Shown here: in pieces, positions 48,619 through 57,606 of the stretch
Numbering within the stretch: position 1 is the first letter of the stretch
How the letters are laid out: every line of letters starts with the position of its first letter
Translations under genes and position numbers: made by a program
Notes under the pieces: model-generated
What the model saw: the letters and a program-made list of their open reading frames with translations, nothing else
Databases searched by the model: none
What the model was told of the DNA's origin: nothing
Source: Acidobacteriota bacterium
GTDB lineage: Bacteria > Acidobacteriota > Vicinamibacteria > Vicinamibacterales > CAVVIG01
DNA length: 64,000 nt
Assembly: GCA_003222535.1 (NCBI GenBank)
Contig: QHWJ01000238.1
Coordinates: forward strand, 5,270 to 69,269
Reading direction: 5' to 3'

Positions 48619-49713
48619 TCAGTTCGTGAATCTGCGCATGCGTACGTTGAGCACCAGCCCGAAGCTCGCGAGCGTCGCGATCATCGACGACCCTCCGTAG
48701 CTCATGAGCGGAAGCGTCAGCCCTTTGACGGGCGCCAGCCCTGCCGACATGGTGATGTTGTAGACCACCTGGAAGGTGAAGCTGGCGAGCACGCCAAGCA
48801 CGAGGTGCGATCCGAGCCGATCCTTGGCCAGACGGGCCGCCTCGAGCGCGCGCAGAATCACAAACAGATAGAGGCCGAGCGCCACGAGGACGCCGGCAAA
48901 ACCCTGCTCCTCGGCGAGCACCGAGAAGATGAAATCGTTGTGGGCGACAGGGAGAAAGCGCAGCTGGCCCTGCGTCCCCTGCTTGAACCCCTTGCCGGAG
49001 ACTCCCCCCGATCCGACCGTGATGCGCGCCTGGATCTGCTGGTAGCCGGCGCCTTTTGCATCCTGCGACGGGTCGAGGAACGTCGAGATACGGGATTTCT
49101 GATAGTCCTTGAGCGCAAACTTCCACGCGACCGGTGCCGCGAGAAGCAGGCAGAGGAACAGCATGCCGAGAATGCGCATCCGCATTCCGGCGAGGTACGC
49201 GATCGCCAGAAACACCGGCAGCAGCGTCACGGCCGTGCCGAGGTCGGGCTCCTTCGCGATCAATCCGAACGGAATGGCGGTCAGCAGGCCGCCGATGGCG
49301 AGGTCGGTCCAGGCCGGGTCGCCGCGGTTCTCGCCGAAGTACTTGGCGAGCACCAGCGCGACGCCGACCTTGGCGAACTCCGACGGTTGCAGGTTGAAGC
49401 CTTTCAGCGCAATCCAGCGCCGGGCGCCCATCTGCACCGTGCCGAAGAACATGACGTAGACGAGCAGCGCCAGCAGGGCGAGGTAGATGAGGTGCGACTT
49501 GTCGGTGAACGTGCGGTAGTCGAGCGTCAGCATGAACACCATCGCGCCCACGCCAAGGACGATGGCGTAGAGCTGCGTGATGTAGAGGCGCGAGGTGGCG
49601 CGTGTCGGGTCGGTGGTCGTGCTGTAGATCATCGCGACGCCCAGCGCGCAGAGCGCGAGCACCGCGACGACCAGCGCCCAGTCGATGTGATAGTACAGGC
49701 GCCTTTCGAACAT
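48619..49713 (-). CDS. rodA: Rod shape-determining protein RodA (SEDS family)
   Basis: 364 aa and multi-TM, with QPSEFAK, HNDFIFS and LPLMSYGGSS motifs. Confidence 0.9.
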   Translation of the reverse strand: MFERRLYYHIDWALVVAVLALCALGVAMIYSTTTDPTRATSRLYITQLYAIVLGVGAMVFMLTLDYRTFTDKSHLIYLALLALLVYVMFFGTVQMGARRWIALKGFNLQPSEFAKVGVALVLAKYFGENRGDPAWTDLAIGGLLTAIPFGLIAKEPDLGTAVTLLPVFLAIAYLAGMRMRILGMLFLCLLLAAPVAWKFALKDYQKSRISTFLDPSQDAKGAGYQQIQARITVGSGGVSGKGFKQGTQGQLRFLPVAHNDFIFSVLAEEQGFAGVLVALGLYLFVILRALEAARLAKDRLGSHLVLGVLASFTFQVVYNITMSAGLAPVKGLTLPLMSYGGSSMIATLASFGLVLNVRMRRFTN

Positions 49714-49719
49714 GGCGGG

Positions 49720-51627
49720 TCAGTTCTGTCCGCCGGTCTCGGCGGCGGCCGGCTTCCTGGCGTACGGATCCTTGTAGTCCAGCCTCAGCTGCTCGTGCGT
49801 CGGCGGCGGCGGCAGCGGCCGCCCATCCTGCTTCGCGAAAAACGTGTCGAGAATATGATGCGCGACAGCCGCCGCATTCGGTCCGTGGATGCCGTGCTCG
49901 AGGAACACGACGCCGGCGATCTTCGGGTCGTCGCGCGGCGCGAAGAAGACGAACCAGCCGTTGTCGCGCAGATCCTTGTTGCTCCTCGCGGCCGCCACGC
50001 GGCCGGTGTTCGAGATCACCTGCGCCGTCCCGGTCTTGCCGCTGATGTCCTTCCCGACAATCCGCGCCCGGCCGCCCGTGCCGCCGCCGTTGACCACGCT
50101 CCAGAGCCCGTCGCGGATCGCCTGCAGCTTGGCGGGATTGATGTCCACTTTCGACTGGGGCGGCGGCGGCGGCACGCTCTTCCATCCCTGACCGTCGTCG
50201 ACCGCTTTGAGGAGATGCGGCGTCACGCGCGTGCCGCCGTTGGCCAGCGTCGCCATGTAGACGGCCATCGAGACCGGCGTGACCGATACCTGTCCCTGGC
50301 CGATGCCGACCGATATCGTTTCGCCTGCGTACCACTTCTCGTGCATCTTCTCGCGTTTCCATTCCGTCGACGGCACGAGCCCCTGCACTTCATTCGGAAG
50401 ATCGATCCCGCTCTTGACGCCGAGCCCGAGCGCGGTCGCCCACTTGTTGATCTTGTCGATACCGACCAGGTTGGCGACCGTGTAGAAATACACGTCGCAC
50501 GACTGCTCGATCGCATGGCGCAGATCGATCGAGCCGTGGCCCCCCTTCTTCCAGCACTTGAACGGACGCCCATAGAATGTGGCGGCGCCAACGCAATGCG
50601 CGTGGAAATCGGGCGTGATGATCCCTTCTTCGAGCGCGGCGAGTGCCACCGCCATCTTGAACGTCGAGCCGGGCGAATAGCGCCCTTGAATCGCGCGATC
50701 CTGCAGCGGCTTCAGTTCGTCGCTGTTGAGAGACGCCCACGTGACGCGATCGATCCCGGCCGCAAATGCGTTCGGGTCGTAGGCGGGCACGCTCGTGAAC
50801 GCCAGCACGTCGCCGTTGCCGGGATCGAGCACCACCGACGCGCCATTGAATCCCGCGGCCTTGAACCCGTCCTCGACCGCTTTCTGAACATCGGCATCGA
50901 TCGTCAACTGCAGCCGCTTGCCCTCGGTCGGCTCGTCTTCCTCGAGCGTCCGGATCTCGCGGCCCACGCTGTTGACGACGACTTTCTTGGCGCCGTCGGC
51001 CCCCATCAGGAGCTTGTTGTACACCTTCTCCACGCCCGCCTGCCCGACGATGTCGCCGCTCTTGAGGTCGTCGCTTTCCGACACCTGCGCGTCGTTGACT
51101 TCGCCCACGTACCCGAACAGATGCGCCGCCATGGTCTCCGGATATCGGCGCGTCGGAACCTGCTCGACAACGATGTCGGGCAACTCGAAGTCGAGGCGCC
51201 GCGCCTTGACGGCCGCCACCTGCGCGAGCGTCGCGTCCTGCACGACCATGATCGGGCGATACGTGGGCTCGCGGCGATGGCGATCGACGATCGAGCGCAC
51301 GCCCGCCTCGTCGAGCCCGAGGACGGCCGACAGCAGCCGAATCGTGCGATTCAGATCCTTGGTGCGTTCGCGAACGATGGAGATGCTGTACGACCCGCGG
51401 TTGTCGACGAGGATCTTGCCGGTGCGGTCGAGCACGAGGCCGCGCGGCGCGCGCAGCGCCAGCGTCCGCTGGTGGTTGTTCTCGGCCATTTCCTCGAACT
51501 TGGCGTGCTGCACCACCTGCAGCACCCAGAAGCTGACGGCGAGGATGGAAAAGACGACCGTGATGACGTATTGCAGGATCGACAGGCGCGCCGTGAGCCT
51601 GCGGCGATCTTCTACTTGGGCAACCAT
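49720..51627 (-). CDS. mrdA: Penicillin-binding protein 2 (elongasome transpeptidase)
   Basis: 635 aa with an N-terminal TM helix, a PBP dimerisation domain, STFK (SxxK), SCD-type (SxN-like) and KTGTA motifs. Confidence 0.9.
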   Translation of the reverse strand: MVAQVEDRRRLTARLSILQYVITVVFSILAVSFWVLQVVQHAKFEEMAENNHQRTLALRAPRGLVLDRTGKILVDNRGSYSISIVRERTKDLNRTIRLLSAVLGLDEAGVRSIVDRHRREPTYRPIMVVQDATLAQVAAVKARRLDFELPDIVVEQVPTRRYPETMAAHLFGYVGEVNDAQVSESDDLKSGDIVGQAGVEKVYNKLLMGADGAKKVVVNSVGREIRTLEEDEPTEGKRLQLTIDADVQKAVEDGFKAAGFNGASVVLDPGNGDVLAFTSVPAYDPNAFAAGIDRVTWASLNSDELKPLQDRAIQGRYSPGSTFKMAVALAALEEGIITPDFHAHCVGAATFYGRPFKCWKKGGHGSIDLRHAIEQSCDVYFYTVANLVGIDKINKWATALGLGVKSGIDLPNEVQGLVPSTEWKREKMHEKWYAGETISVGIGQGQVSVTPVSMAVYMATLANGGTRVTPHLLKAVDDGQGWKSVPPPPPQSKVDINPAKLQAIRDGLWSVVNGGGTGGRARIVGKDISGKTGTAQVISNTGRVAAARSNKDLRDNGWFVFFAPRDDPKIAGVVFLEHGIHGPNAAAVAHHILDTFFAKQDGRPLPPPPTHEQLRLDYKDPYARKPAAAETGGQN

Positions 51628-51639
51628 ATCAGGACCAAT

Positions 51640-52182
51640 TTACCGCCGCAGGCGGCTCTTCGCCGCCCGCCGGCGCTCGACCGCTCCCGGTAAAAGCTCG
51701 ACCATCTGAAACGCCACGACGCCGACGACGGCGTTCGCGGCCGACTGGACGCCCACCTCGGCGTAGGGCGCGCCGAAATGCCGCAGGTCGAGCAGCGTGT
51801 ACAGCCCCATGAACACGACCCCGTGCATGACGCTTGCAGCGAAAAACACGACGAACCGCGGCAGCGGCTGCGAGACGATGAACTGGGTGCCAATCACCCC
51901 CGCCAGAAACCCCACCATCGTCTTCGCCAGCCCGCCGATCCCGATGACGCCGTTTGGCAGCCCGCCGATCCCCATGACGGCATTCGGCAGGAGCGCGTCC
52001 TGCACGAGCCCCGCGAACGTGCCGGTCAGCAGGCCGGTCGCCGGCCCCGACGTGAGCGCCACGTAGACGACGACGACGAGCACCAGATCCACTGCCGCCG
52101 CGCCGCGCACGAAAAACCGGGCCAGCGTCGTCTGGAGCGCGAGAGCGGCGACCACCGCCAGGATGACCCCGGCAGCCTTCAC
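51640..52182 (-). CDS. mreD: Rod shape-determining protein MreD
   Basis: 180 aa and polytopic. It lies between mreC and mrdA, and its start overlaps the mreC stop by 4 nt. Confidence 0.8.
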   Translation of the reverse strand: MKAAGVILAVVAALALQTTLARFFVRGAAAVDLVLVVVVYVALTSGPATGLLTGTFAGLVQDALLPNAVMGIGGLPNGVIGIGGLAKTMVGFLAGVIGTQFIVSQPLPRFVVFFAASVMHGVVFMGLYTLLDLRHFGAPYAEVGVQSAANAVVGVVAFQMVELLPGAVERRRAAKSRLRR

Positions 52183-53027
52183 TCGGAGACTCCCGCGGCT
52201 GCCTCTTTCGCCGGCGTCGGCGTCAACACCACGAGCACTTCTTCGAGCTGCGAGAAGTCGACTGCCGGCTTGACGACAATGCGCTTGAACGCCGGCCCAT
52301 TTTTCTCCACGGTTTCAACGCGCCCGATGATGAAGCCCTTGGGATAAATGCCGTCGATCCCCGACGTCACCACGACGTCGCCGACCGCGATGTCGGAGGC
52401 CTCCGACACGTATTGCATCTGCAGGCGCTCGTTGCCGCCGCCGACGACGACGCCCTGCGCCCGCGTGCGCTCGACGATGGCGCCGGCCGCCGCGTTGCGG
52501 TCGATGAGCAGCTGCACTTTCGCCGACCGTGCGCTCGGCGCGACGAGGCGGCCGACGACGCCGGCCGGCGCGATCACCGCCATGTCGGGCCCCAGGCCGT
52601 CGCGCGTGCCTTTGTCGATCGTCAGCGTCCGGAAATCGGGCATCGCCGCCGCGCCGATGATCTCCGCCGCGGTGGTCCTGAGGTTCACGCGATCGCGCAG
52701 CTCGAGCATCTTCTCCAGGCCGCGCGCCCGATCGGCGAGCGCGCGCTGTTCCTGCGACGCGATCTCGGCCGCGGCCAGCTGCCGCTTCAGCTCCTCGTTC
52801 TCGGCTCGCAGGTTCCGCAGGCCGACGTAGCCGCTCCACAGCCGGCGGACGCCCGACACGCCGCCCGACAGGACCCGCTGCACCTCGGAGAAGATGCCGG
52901 AAGTCAACGATTCGCGCACCGGCACGCCGGAGCGGGAGTTCACCTGAGCGGAAATGAGCAGGACGAGCCCCAGCATCACGGCGAGGAACAGGTAGCCGGA
53001 GCGTTGACGGATGTCCTGAAGGGCCAT
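52179..53027 (-). CDS. mreC: Rod shape-determining protein MreC
   Basis: 282 aa with an N-terminal TM helix, a coiled coil (LRAENEELKRQLAAAE) and a C-terminal beta domain (VVTSGIDGIYPKGFIIG). Confidence 0.85.
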   Translation of the reverse strand: MALQDIRQRSGYLFLAVMLGLVLLISAQVNSRSGVPVRESLTSGIFSEVQRVLSGGVSGVRRLWSGYVGLRNLRAENEELKRQLAAAEIASQEQRALADRARGLEKMLELRDRVNLRTTAAEIIGAAAMPDFRTLTIDKGTRDGLGPDMAVIAPAGVVGRLVAPSARSAKVQLLIDRNAAAGAIVERTRAQGVVVGGGNERLQMQYVSEASDIAVGDVVVTSGIDGIYPKGFIIGRVETVEKNGPAFKRIVVKPAVDFSQLEEVLVVLTPTPAKEAAAGVSE

Positions 53028-53033
53028 AAGAGT

Positions 53034-53132
53034 GGCGACCCTGAAAGCGTTGCCCTACACGGCGACCCCCGAAAGGATCGCCCTACGGGTACAGTCGCGT
53101 TCCACGGGTAGGGCGACCCTTTCAGGGTCGGC
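53034..53132. repeat. Three copies of the GGCGACCC-GAAAG-GxTxGCCCTAC REP hairpin (two direct, one inverted)
   Basis: The copies are ggcgaccctgaaagcgttgccctac (53034), ggcgacccccgaaaggatcgccctac (53061) and gtagggcgaccctttcagggtcggc (53108-53132). Together they fill the mreB-mreC spacer. Confidence 0.85.
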
Positions 53133-54142
53133 TAGTCAATCGAGATCTTTCGCAACAGGTTGAAGTCCGACAGCATCTTCCCGGCGCCGAGCACGACCGA
53201 TGACAGCGGGTCCTCCGCCATCGCGAGCGGCAGGCCGGTTTCTTCGCGCAGCCGCTTGTCGAGATTCTTCAGCATCGAGCCGCCGCCGGTCAGCACGATC
53301 CCGCGGTCGACGATGTCGGCCGACAGCTCGGGGGGCGTGCGCTCGAGCGCGACGCGCACCGCGTCGACGATGACGTTGACGGTTTCGGCGAGCGCCTCGC
53401 GAATCTCCTCGTCGGTGATCGTGATCGTCTTCGGCACGCCCTCGATCAGATGCCGCCCCTTGATCTCCATCGTCATCCGCTCCTCGAGCGGGTAGGCGGA
53501 GCCGACCTCGATCTTGATCGCCTCGGCGGTGCGTTCACCGATGAGCAGGTTGTACTGCTTCTTGATGTACTGGATGATCGCTTCGTCCATCTCGTTGCCC
53601 GCGACCCTCACCGCCTTGCTGTAGACGATGCCCGCGAGCGAGATGACGGCGATGTCGGTCGTGCCGCCGCCGATGTCCACGATCATGTTGCCGGAGGGTT
53701 CGGTGATCGGCATGCCCGCGCCGATCGCCGCGGCCATCGCCTCTTCGACCAGGTGCACCTCGCTCGCCTTCGCGCGGTACGCGCTGTCCTTGACCGCGCG
53801 CTTTTCGACCTGCGTGATCTCCGACGGCACCCCGATGACGATCCGCGGGCGGACCCAGACGTTGCGGTTGTGCGCCTTCTTGATGAAGTAGGTCAGCATC
53901 TTCTCGGTGACCTCGAAGTCGGCGATGACGCCGTCCTTCATCGGCTTGATGGCGACGATGTTGCCGGGCGTGCGCCCCAGCATGTCCTTGGCGTCCTTGC
54001 CGACCGCCTCGACGCGGCCGTTCACCTTGTTGATCGCCACGATTGACGGCTCGTTGACCACGATCCCCTTGCCGCGGGCGTACACGCAGGTGTTGGCCGT
54101 ACCCAGGTCGATGGCCAGGTCACTGGAAAACAGCGAAAGCAT
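53132..54142 (-). CDS. mreB: Rod shape-determining actin homolog MreB
   Basis: Start at the ATG at 54142 ([21 protein letters not shown]). It has DIGGGTTD and LTGGGS motifs. Confidence 0.95.
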   Translation of the reverse strand: MLSLFSSDLAIDLGTANTCVYARGKGIVVNEPSIVAINKVNGRVEAVGKDAKDMLGRTPGNIVAIKPMKDGVIADFEVTEKMLTYFIKKAHNRNVWVRPRIVIGVPSEITQVEKRAVKDSAYRAKASEVHLVEEAMAAAIGAGMPITEPSGNMIVDIGGGTTDIAVISLAGIVYSKAVRVAGNEMDEAIIQYIKKQYNLLIGERTAEAIKIEVGSAYPLEERMTMEIKGRHLIEGVPKTITITDEEIREALAETVNVIVDAVRVALERTPPELSADIVDRGIVLTGGGSMLKNLDKRLREETGLPLAMAEDPLSSVVLGAGKMLSDFNLLRKISID

Positions 54143-54217
54143 CGAACGAAGGCTCAAGAAGGCTCCTTGTGGGGACGAGTCGTGCAAAAGTGTAATGGCG
54201 CTCAGGGCGTTCTGTGG

Positions 54218-55378
54218 TTAGTTATCGGCAGGAGCGATGGCGGCCTGAATACCGTTCTTCCCAGATTCCTTGACCCGGTACATCGCCATGTCCGCGGCCT
54301 GGACGAGCTCCTCGGCCGATGCGGCCACGTCGGGCAGCGTCGCGACGCCGACCGACGCCGTGAGGTGAATGTCGAGCCCGTTGTCGACCAGAAACCTGTG
54401 CGCCGCGATCCGCTCGCGGATGCGCTCGCCGACCGCGAACGCGCCCTCGCCCCCCGTGTCCGGCAGGACCAGCGCGAACTCGTCGCCACCGAAGCGTGAG
54501 ACCACGTCGGTCTCGCGGGCGCTGCTGCGGATCACCGCCGCCGCTTCCACCAGGGCGCGGCTGCCGAACAGATGCCCGTGCGTGTCGTTGATGCTCTTGA
54601 ACCCGTCCAGATCGAGGAACAGCAGTGAGAGCGGGCGTCCGCTGCGCGACGCGCGCTTGGTTTCCCGCCGCAGCACCAGGTTCAGATACCGTGAGTTGTA
54701 CAGATGCGTCAGATCATCGGTGACCGACAGCGCCTCGGCGCGCCTGAGCAGCAGCGCGTTGTCGAGGGCGACCGACGCCGGCTCCAGCAGGATCCGCACG
54801 GCGCGCAGCATGCTCGCCGCGAGCCGCGGCTCCCGCGCCGACGCCTGGCGATCGAGCGCCATGAGAGCGCCGACGCAGCGGCCGCGGCAGCTCAGGGGAA
54901 ACGCAAGGACCGCGCCCACCGACGGATCCGAGATCCGGGAATCGCATTTCAGATCGGCGGCGGCGAACTCCTGGCCGCGGCTCATCACCCACGTCGCGAT
55001 CGCGAAGACCGCCCGCCCCATGTCCGGCATCAGGCCGCGATCGGCGAGCACGGACAATTCGCCGGAGAGATTGGACGAGACGACGGCCCAGCAGGGCGCC
55101 GGCACCCACGTCGCCGAGCGCTCGACGACCAGCTCGGCGATCTTCGGCGGCTCGAGCGTCGTGTTCACGGCGCGGACGATGTCGATGAGCGCGTCGCGCC
55201 GTTCGACGTGACTGCGCAGGGCGCGCTGAAACACACGCAGCCTCGTCGCGAGATCCAGTCCCGGCGTCGTCAACGAGACTTCGCTCGCGCGACGGAGCCT
55301 CGACCCGGCTTTTCCTGCCGGACCGACCGCCTGATACAGCGCGACGGGAATCTTTGTGGCTCGACTGGTTGGGGACAT
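54218..55378 (-). CDS. GAF-GGDEF diguanylate cyclase
   Basis: 386 aa with a central GAF-like region. The C-terminus has RETD (an RxxD I-site) five residues before GGDEF (SRFGGDEFALVL). Confidence 0.9.
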   Translation of the reverse strand: MSPTSRATKIPVALYQAVGPAGKAGSRLRRASEVSLTTPGLDLATRLRVFQRALRSHVERRDALIDIVRAVNTTLEPPKIAELVVERSATWVPAPCWAVVSSNLSGELSVLADRGLMPDMGRAVFAIATWVMSRGQEFAAADLKCDSRISDPSVGAVLAFPLSCRGRCVGALMALDRQASAREPRLAASMLRAVRILLEPASVALDNALLLRRAEALSVTDDLTHLYNSRYLNLVLRRETKRASRSGRPLSLLFLDLDGFKSINDTHGHLFGSRALVEAAAVIRSSARETDVVSRFGGDEFALVLPDTGGEGAFAVGERIRERIAAHRFLVDNGLDIHLTASVGVATLPDVAASAEELVQAADMAMYRVKESGKNGIQAAIAPADN

Positions 55379-55517
55379 CCGCTAAGTGGTTCTATCCTCT
55401 ACGAATATAGCACACGCGCACCGGTAACTGCTTGCCACGCCGTAAGTTCATGACGTACCATGGTTGTTTCACCCATGCCGCCAAGCTGACGGCCGACGGC
55501 GCTCATTCAGGTGTTTT

Positions 55518-57437
55518 ATGACCATGCTCGATCGGATGCGCCGCCACAGGGACTGGCTCAAGTGGAGCCTGGGCCTTGTCTGCGTGGCGTTCGTCCTTTT
55601 CTACATTCCGGACTTCCTGCGCGGCAGCGGTGCCGACGCGGCGTCGAGCGACACGATTGCGAAGGTCGACGGCCACGAGATTAGAAGTGGCGAGTTCCGC
55701 CGGACCTACCAAGCCCAGCTGCAGGCGTATCGCTCGGCCTACGGCGGCAACATGAACGAACAACTGCTGAAGCAGCTCGGCGTCGAGCGGCAGATCCTCC
55801 AGCAGATGGTCGACGAGCGGGCCGCACTGGCCGAAGCGGATCGGCTCGGCATCAGCGTGAGCGACGAGGAAGTCCGGCAGCGGATTTTCGCGATGCCCGC
55901 GTTCCAGGAAAACGGCGGGTTCATCGGCGAGGCGCGCTACCAGCAGTTGCTGCGGATGCAGCGGCCGCCGATGACGCCGTCCGAGTTCGAGGACAACGTG
56001 CGCCGGAGCCTCGCCGTCGAAAAGCTGCGCGCGTCGCTCACCGACTGGCTGTCGGTCCCCGACAAGGAGCTCGAGCGCGAGTACCGGCGCCGCAACGACA
56101 AGGTCAAGCTCGCCGTCGTCAGCTTCACCGCCGACAGCTTCCGGACGCAGGTGACCGCCACCGACGCCGACATCGCGAGCCACTTCGAGGCGCACACGGC
56201 TGAGTTCAAGATCCCGGAGAAGCGCAAGATCCGGTATCTGCTGATCGACATCGACGCGATGCGCGCGAAGGTCGTGGTCCCGCAGGCCGACATCGAGCGC
56301 GCGTACAACAACAACAGCCAGCAGTACGAGACGCCGGAGCAGGTGCGAGCGAGCCACATCCTGCTGAAGACCGAAGGCAAGGACGACGCCGCCGTGAAAG
56401 CGAAGGCCGAGGAGCTGCTCAAGCAGGCGAGGGGGGGCGCCGACTTCGCGGAGCTCGCCAGAAAGAGCTCCGAGGACGAGGCGAGCGCGAAGAACGGCGG
56501 CGACCTCGACTACTTCGGCCGCGGGCGGATGGTGCCCGAATTCGATTCGGCCGTCTTCGCGATGCAGCCCGGCACGATCAGCGACCTGGTGAAAACACAG
56601 TACGGCTACCACGTCATCAAGCTCGTGGACAAAAAGAACGCGACGACGCGGCCGCTGTCGGAAGTCCGGCAGCAGCTCGCCGACCAGCTCGCTTACGAGC
56701 GCGCGCAGGCGCAGGCTGCCGATCTCGCGAAGAGCCTCGAAAAGCAGATCAGCAGGCCGGCGGATCTCGACAAGGTCGCCAAGGCGCAGGGTCTCAGCGT
56801 CCAGGAATCCGGCTTCTTCGCGCGCGACGAACCGATTCTCGGGCTGGGGCCGTCGCCGGAGGCGGCGAACCGCGCGTTCGAGATGAAGCCGAACGACGTT
56901 GCCGGACCGCTGCGCGCCTCGCGCGGGTTCGTGTTCGAGACGCTCGTCGCCAGGCAGGATGCCTACGTGCCGAAGGTCGACGAGGTGAAGGAACGGGTGC
57001 GCGAGGAAGTGGTCAAACAGAAGGCGCGCGACGCCAGCCGGCAGAAAGCGGCGGAGATCGCGGCGAAGCTGAAGTCCGCGCCTGATTTCGAGAAGGCGGC
57101 GAAGAGCGCCGGCCTCGAAGCCAAGAAAACCGAGCTCATCACGCAGGACGCGCCGATTCCCGACCTGGGCGCCGCACCCGCCGTCGACGACGCGGCATTC
57201 ACGCTTCCCGTCGGTGCGGTCAGCGATCCGATCGCGACCGGCAGCGGGACCGCGGTGATCAAGGTGCTGGAAAAGAAGGAAGTGACGCCCGAAGAGTGGA
57301 CTTCGGCGAAGGATCGCTTCAGGGAGGAGCTGCTGACCGACCGCCGCAGCCGCTTCTTCAGCTCCTACATGGCGAAGGCGAAGAAGAACATGAAGATCGA
57401 CGTCAACGCCGAAGCGCTCCAGCGCGCGGCGTCGTAA
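55518..57437 (+). CDS. PpiD/SurA-like periplasmic chaperone with parvulin PPIase domain
   Basis: Start at the ATG at 55518 or 55524 (MLDRMRRHRDWLKWSLGLVCVAFVLFYIP, an N-terminal anchor). The parvulin core is VRASHILLK..GGDLDYFGRGRMVPEFD..GYHVIKL. Confidence 0.8.
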   Translation: MTMLDRMRRHRDWLKWSLGLVCVAFVLFYIPDFLRGSGADAASSDTIAKVDGHEIRSGEFRRTYQAQLQAYRSAYGGNMNEQLLKQLGVERQILQQMVDERAALAEADRLGISVSDEEVRQRIFAMPAFQENGGFIGEARYQQLLRMQRPPMTPSEFEDNVRRSLAVEKLRASLTDWLSVPDKELEREYRRRNDKVKLAVVSFTADSFRTQVTATDADIASHFEAHTAEFKIPEKRKIRYLLIDIDAMRAKVVVPQADIERAYNNNSQQYETPEQVRASHILLKTEGKDDAAVKAKAEELLKQARGGADFAELARKSSEDEASAKNGGDLDYFGRGRMVPEFDSAVFAMQPGTISDLVKTQYGYHVIKLVDKKNATTRPLSEVRQQLADQLAYERAQAQAADLAKSLEKQISRPADLDKVAKAQGLSVQESGFFARDEPILGLGPSPEAANRAFEMKPNDVAGPLRASRGFVFETLVARQDAYVPKVDEVKERVREEVVKQKARDASRQKAAEIAAKLKSAPDFEKAAKSAGLEAKKTELITQDAPIPDLGAAPAVDDAAFTLPVGAVSDPIATGSGTAVIKVLEKKEVTPEEWTSAKDRFREELLTDRRSRFFSSYMAKAKKNMKIDVNAEALQRAAS

Positions 57438-57440
57438 GAC

Positions 57441-57606
57441 GACACCACGAAACGCACGAAAGAAATACACGAAGCGCACGAAAAAGAATTCTTTGTGCTT
57501 TACGTGTTCTTGCGGCCGCCGTCAGGAAAAAGAATCTGTTTTTTCGTGGCTTTCGTGGCTTTTCGTGGCTTACGTGTTTTTGTATTATTTTCGTGTCTTT
57601 CGTCGC
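57441..57606. repeat. CACGAA-rich array, GAATTC-centred hairpin, then TTCGTG-rich array
   Basis: The left part is acaccacgaaacgcacgaaagaaatacacgaagcgcacgaaaaagaattctttgtgctttacgtg. The right part is ttttcgtggctttcgtggcttttcgtggcttacgtg..ttttcgtgtctttcgtcgc. It lies between convergent stops at 57437 and 57606. Confidence 0.8.

Noticed and set aside
48805-51693. 962-aa + strand ORF across rodA and mrdA.
   Set aside because: It is antisense to two genes with unmistakable SEDS and PBP2 motifs. Its sequence is low-complexity and Arg-rich.
55503-57479. 658-aa minus-strand ORF opposite the PpiD-like gene.
   Set aside because: The + strand encodes an N-terminal anchor plus a parvulin domain. The antisense product is Arg/Leu/Glu low-complexity.
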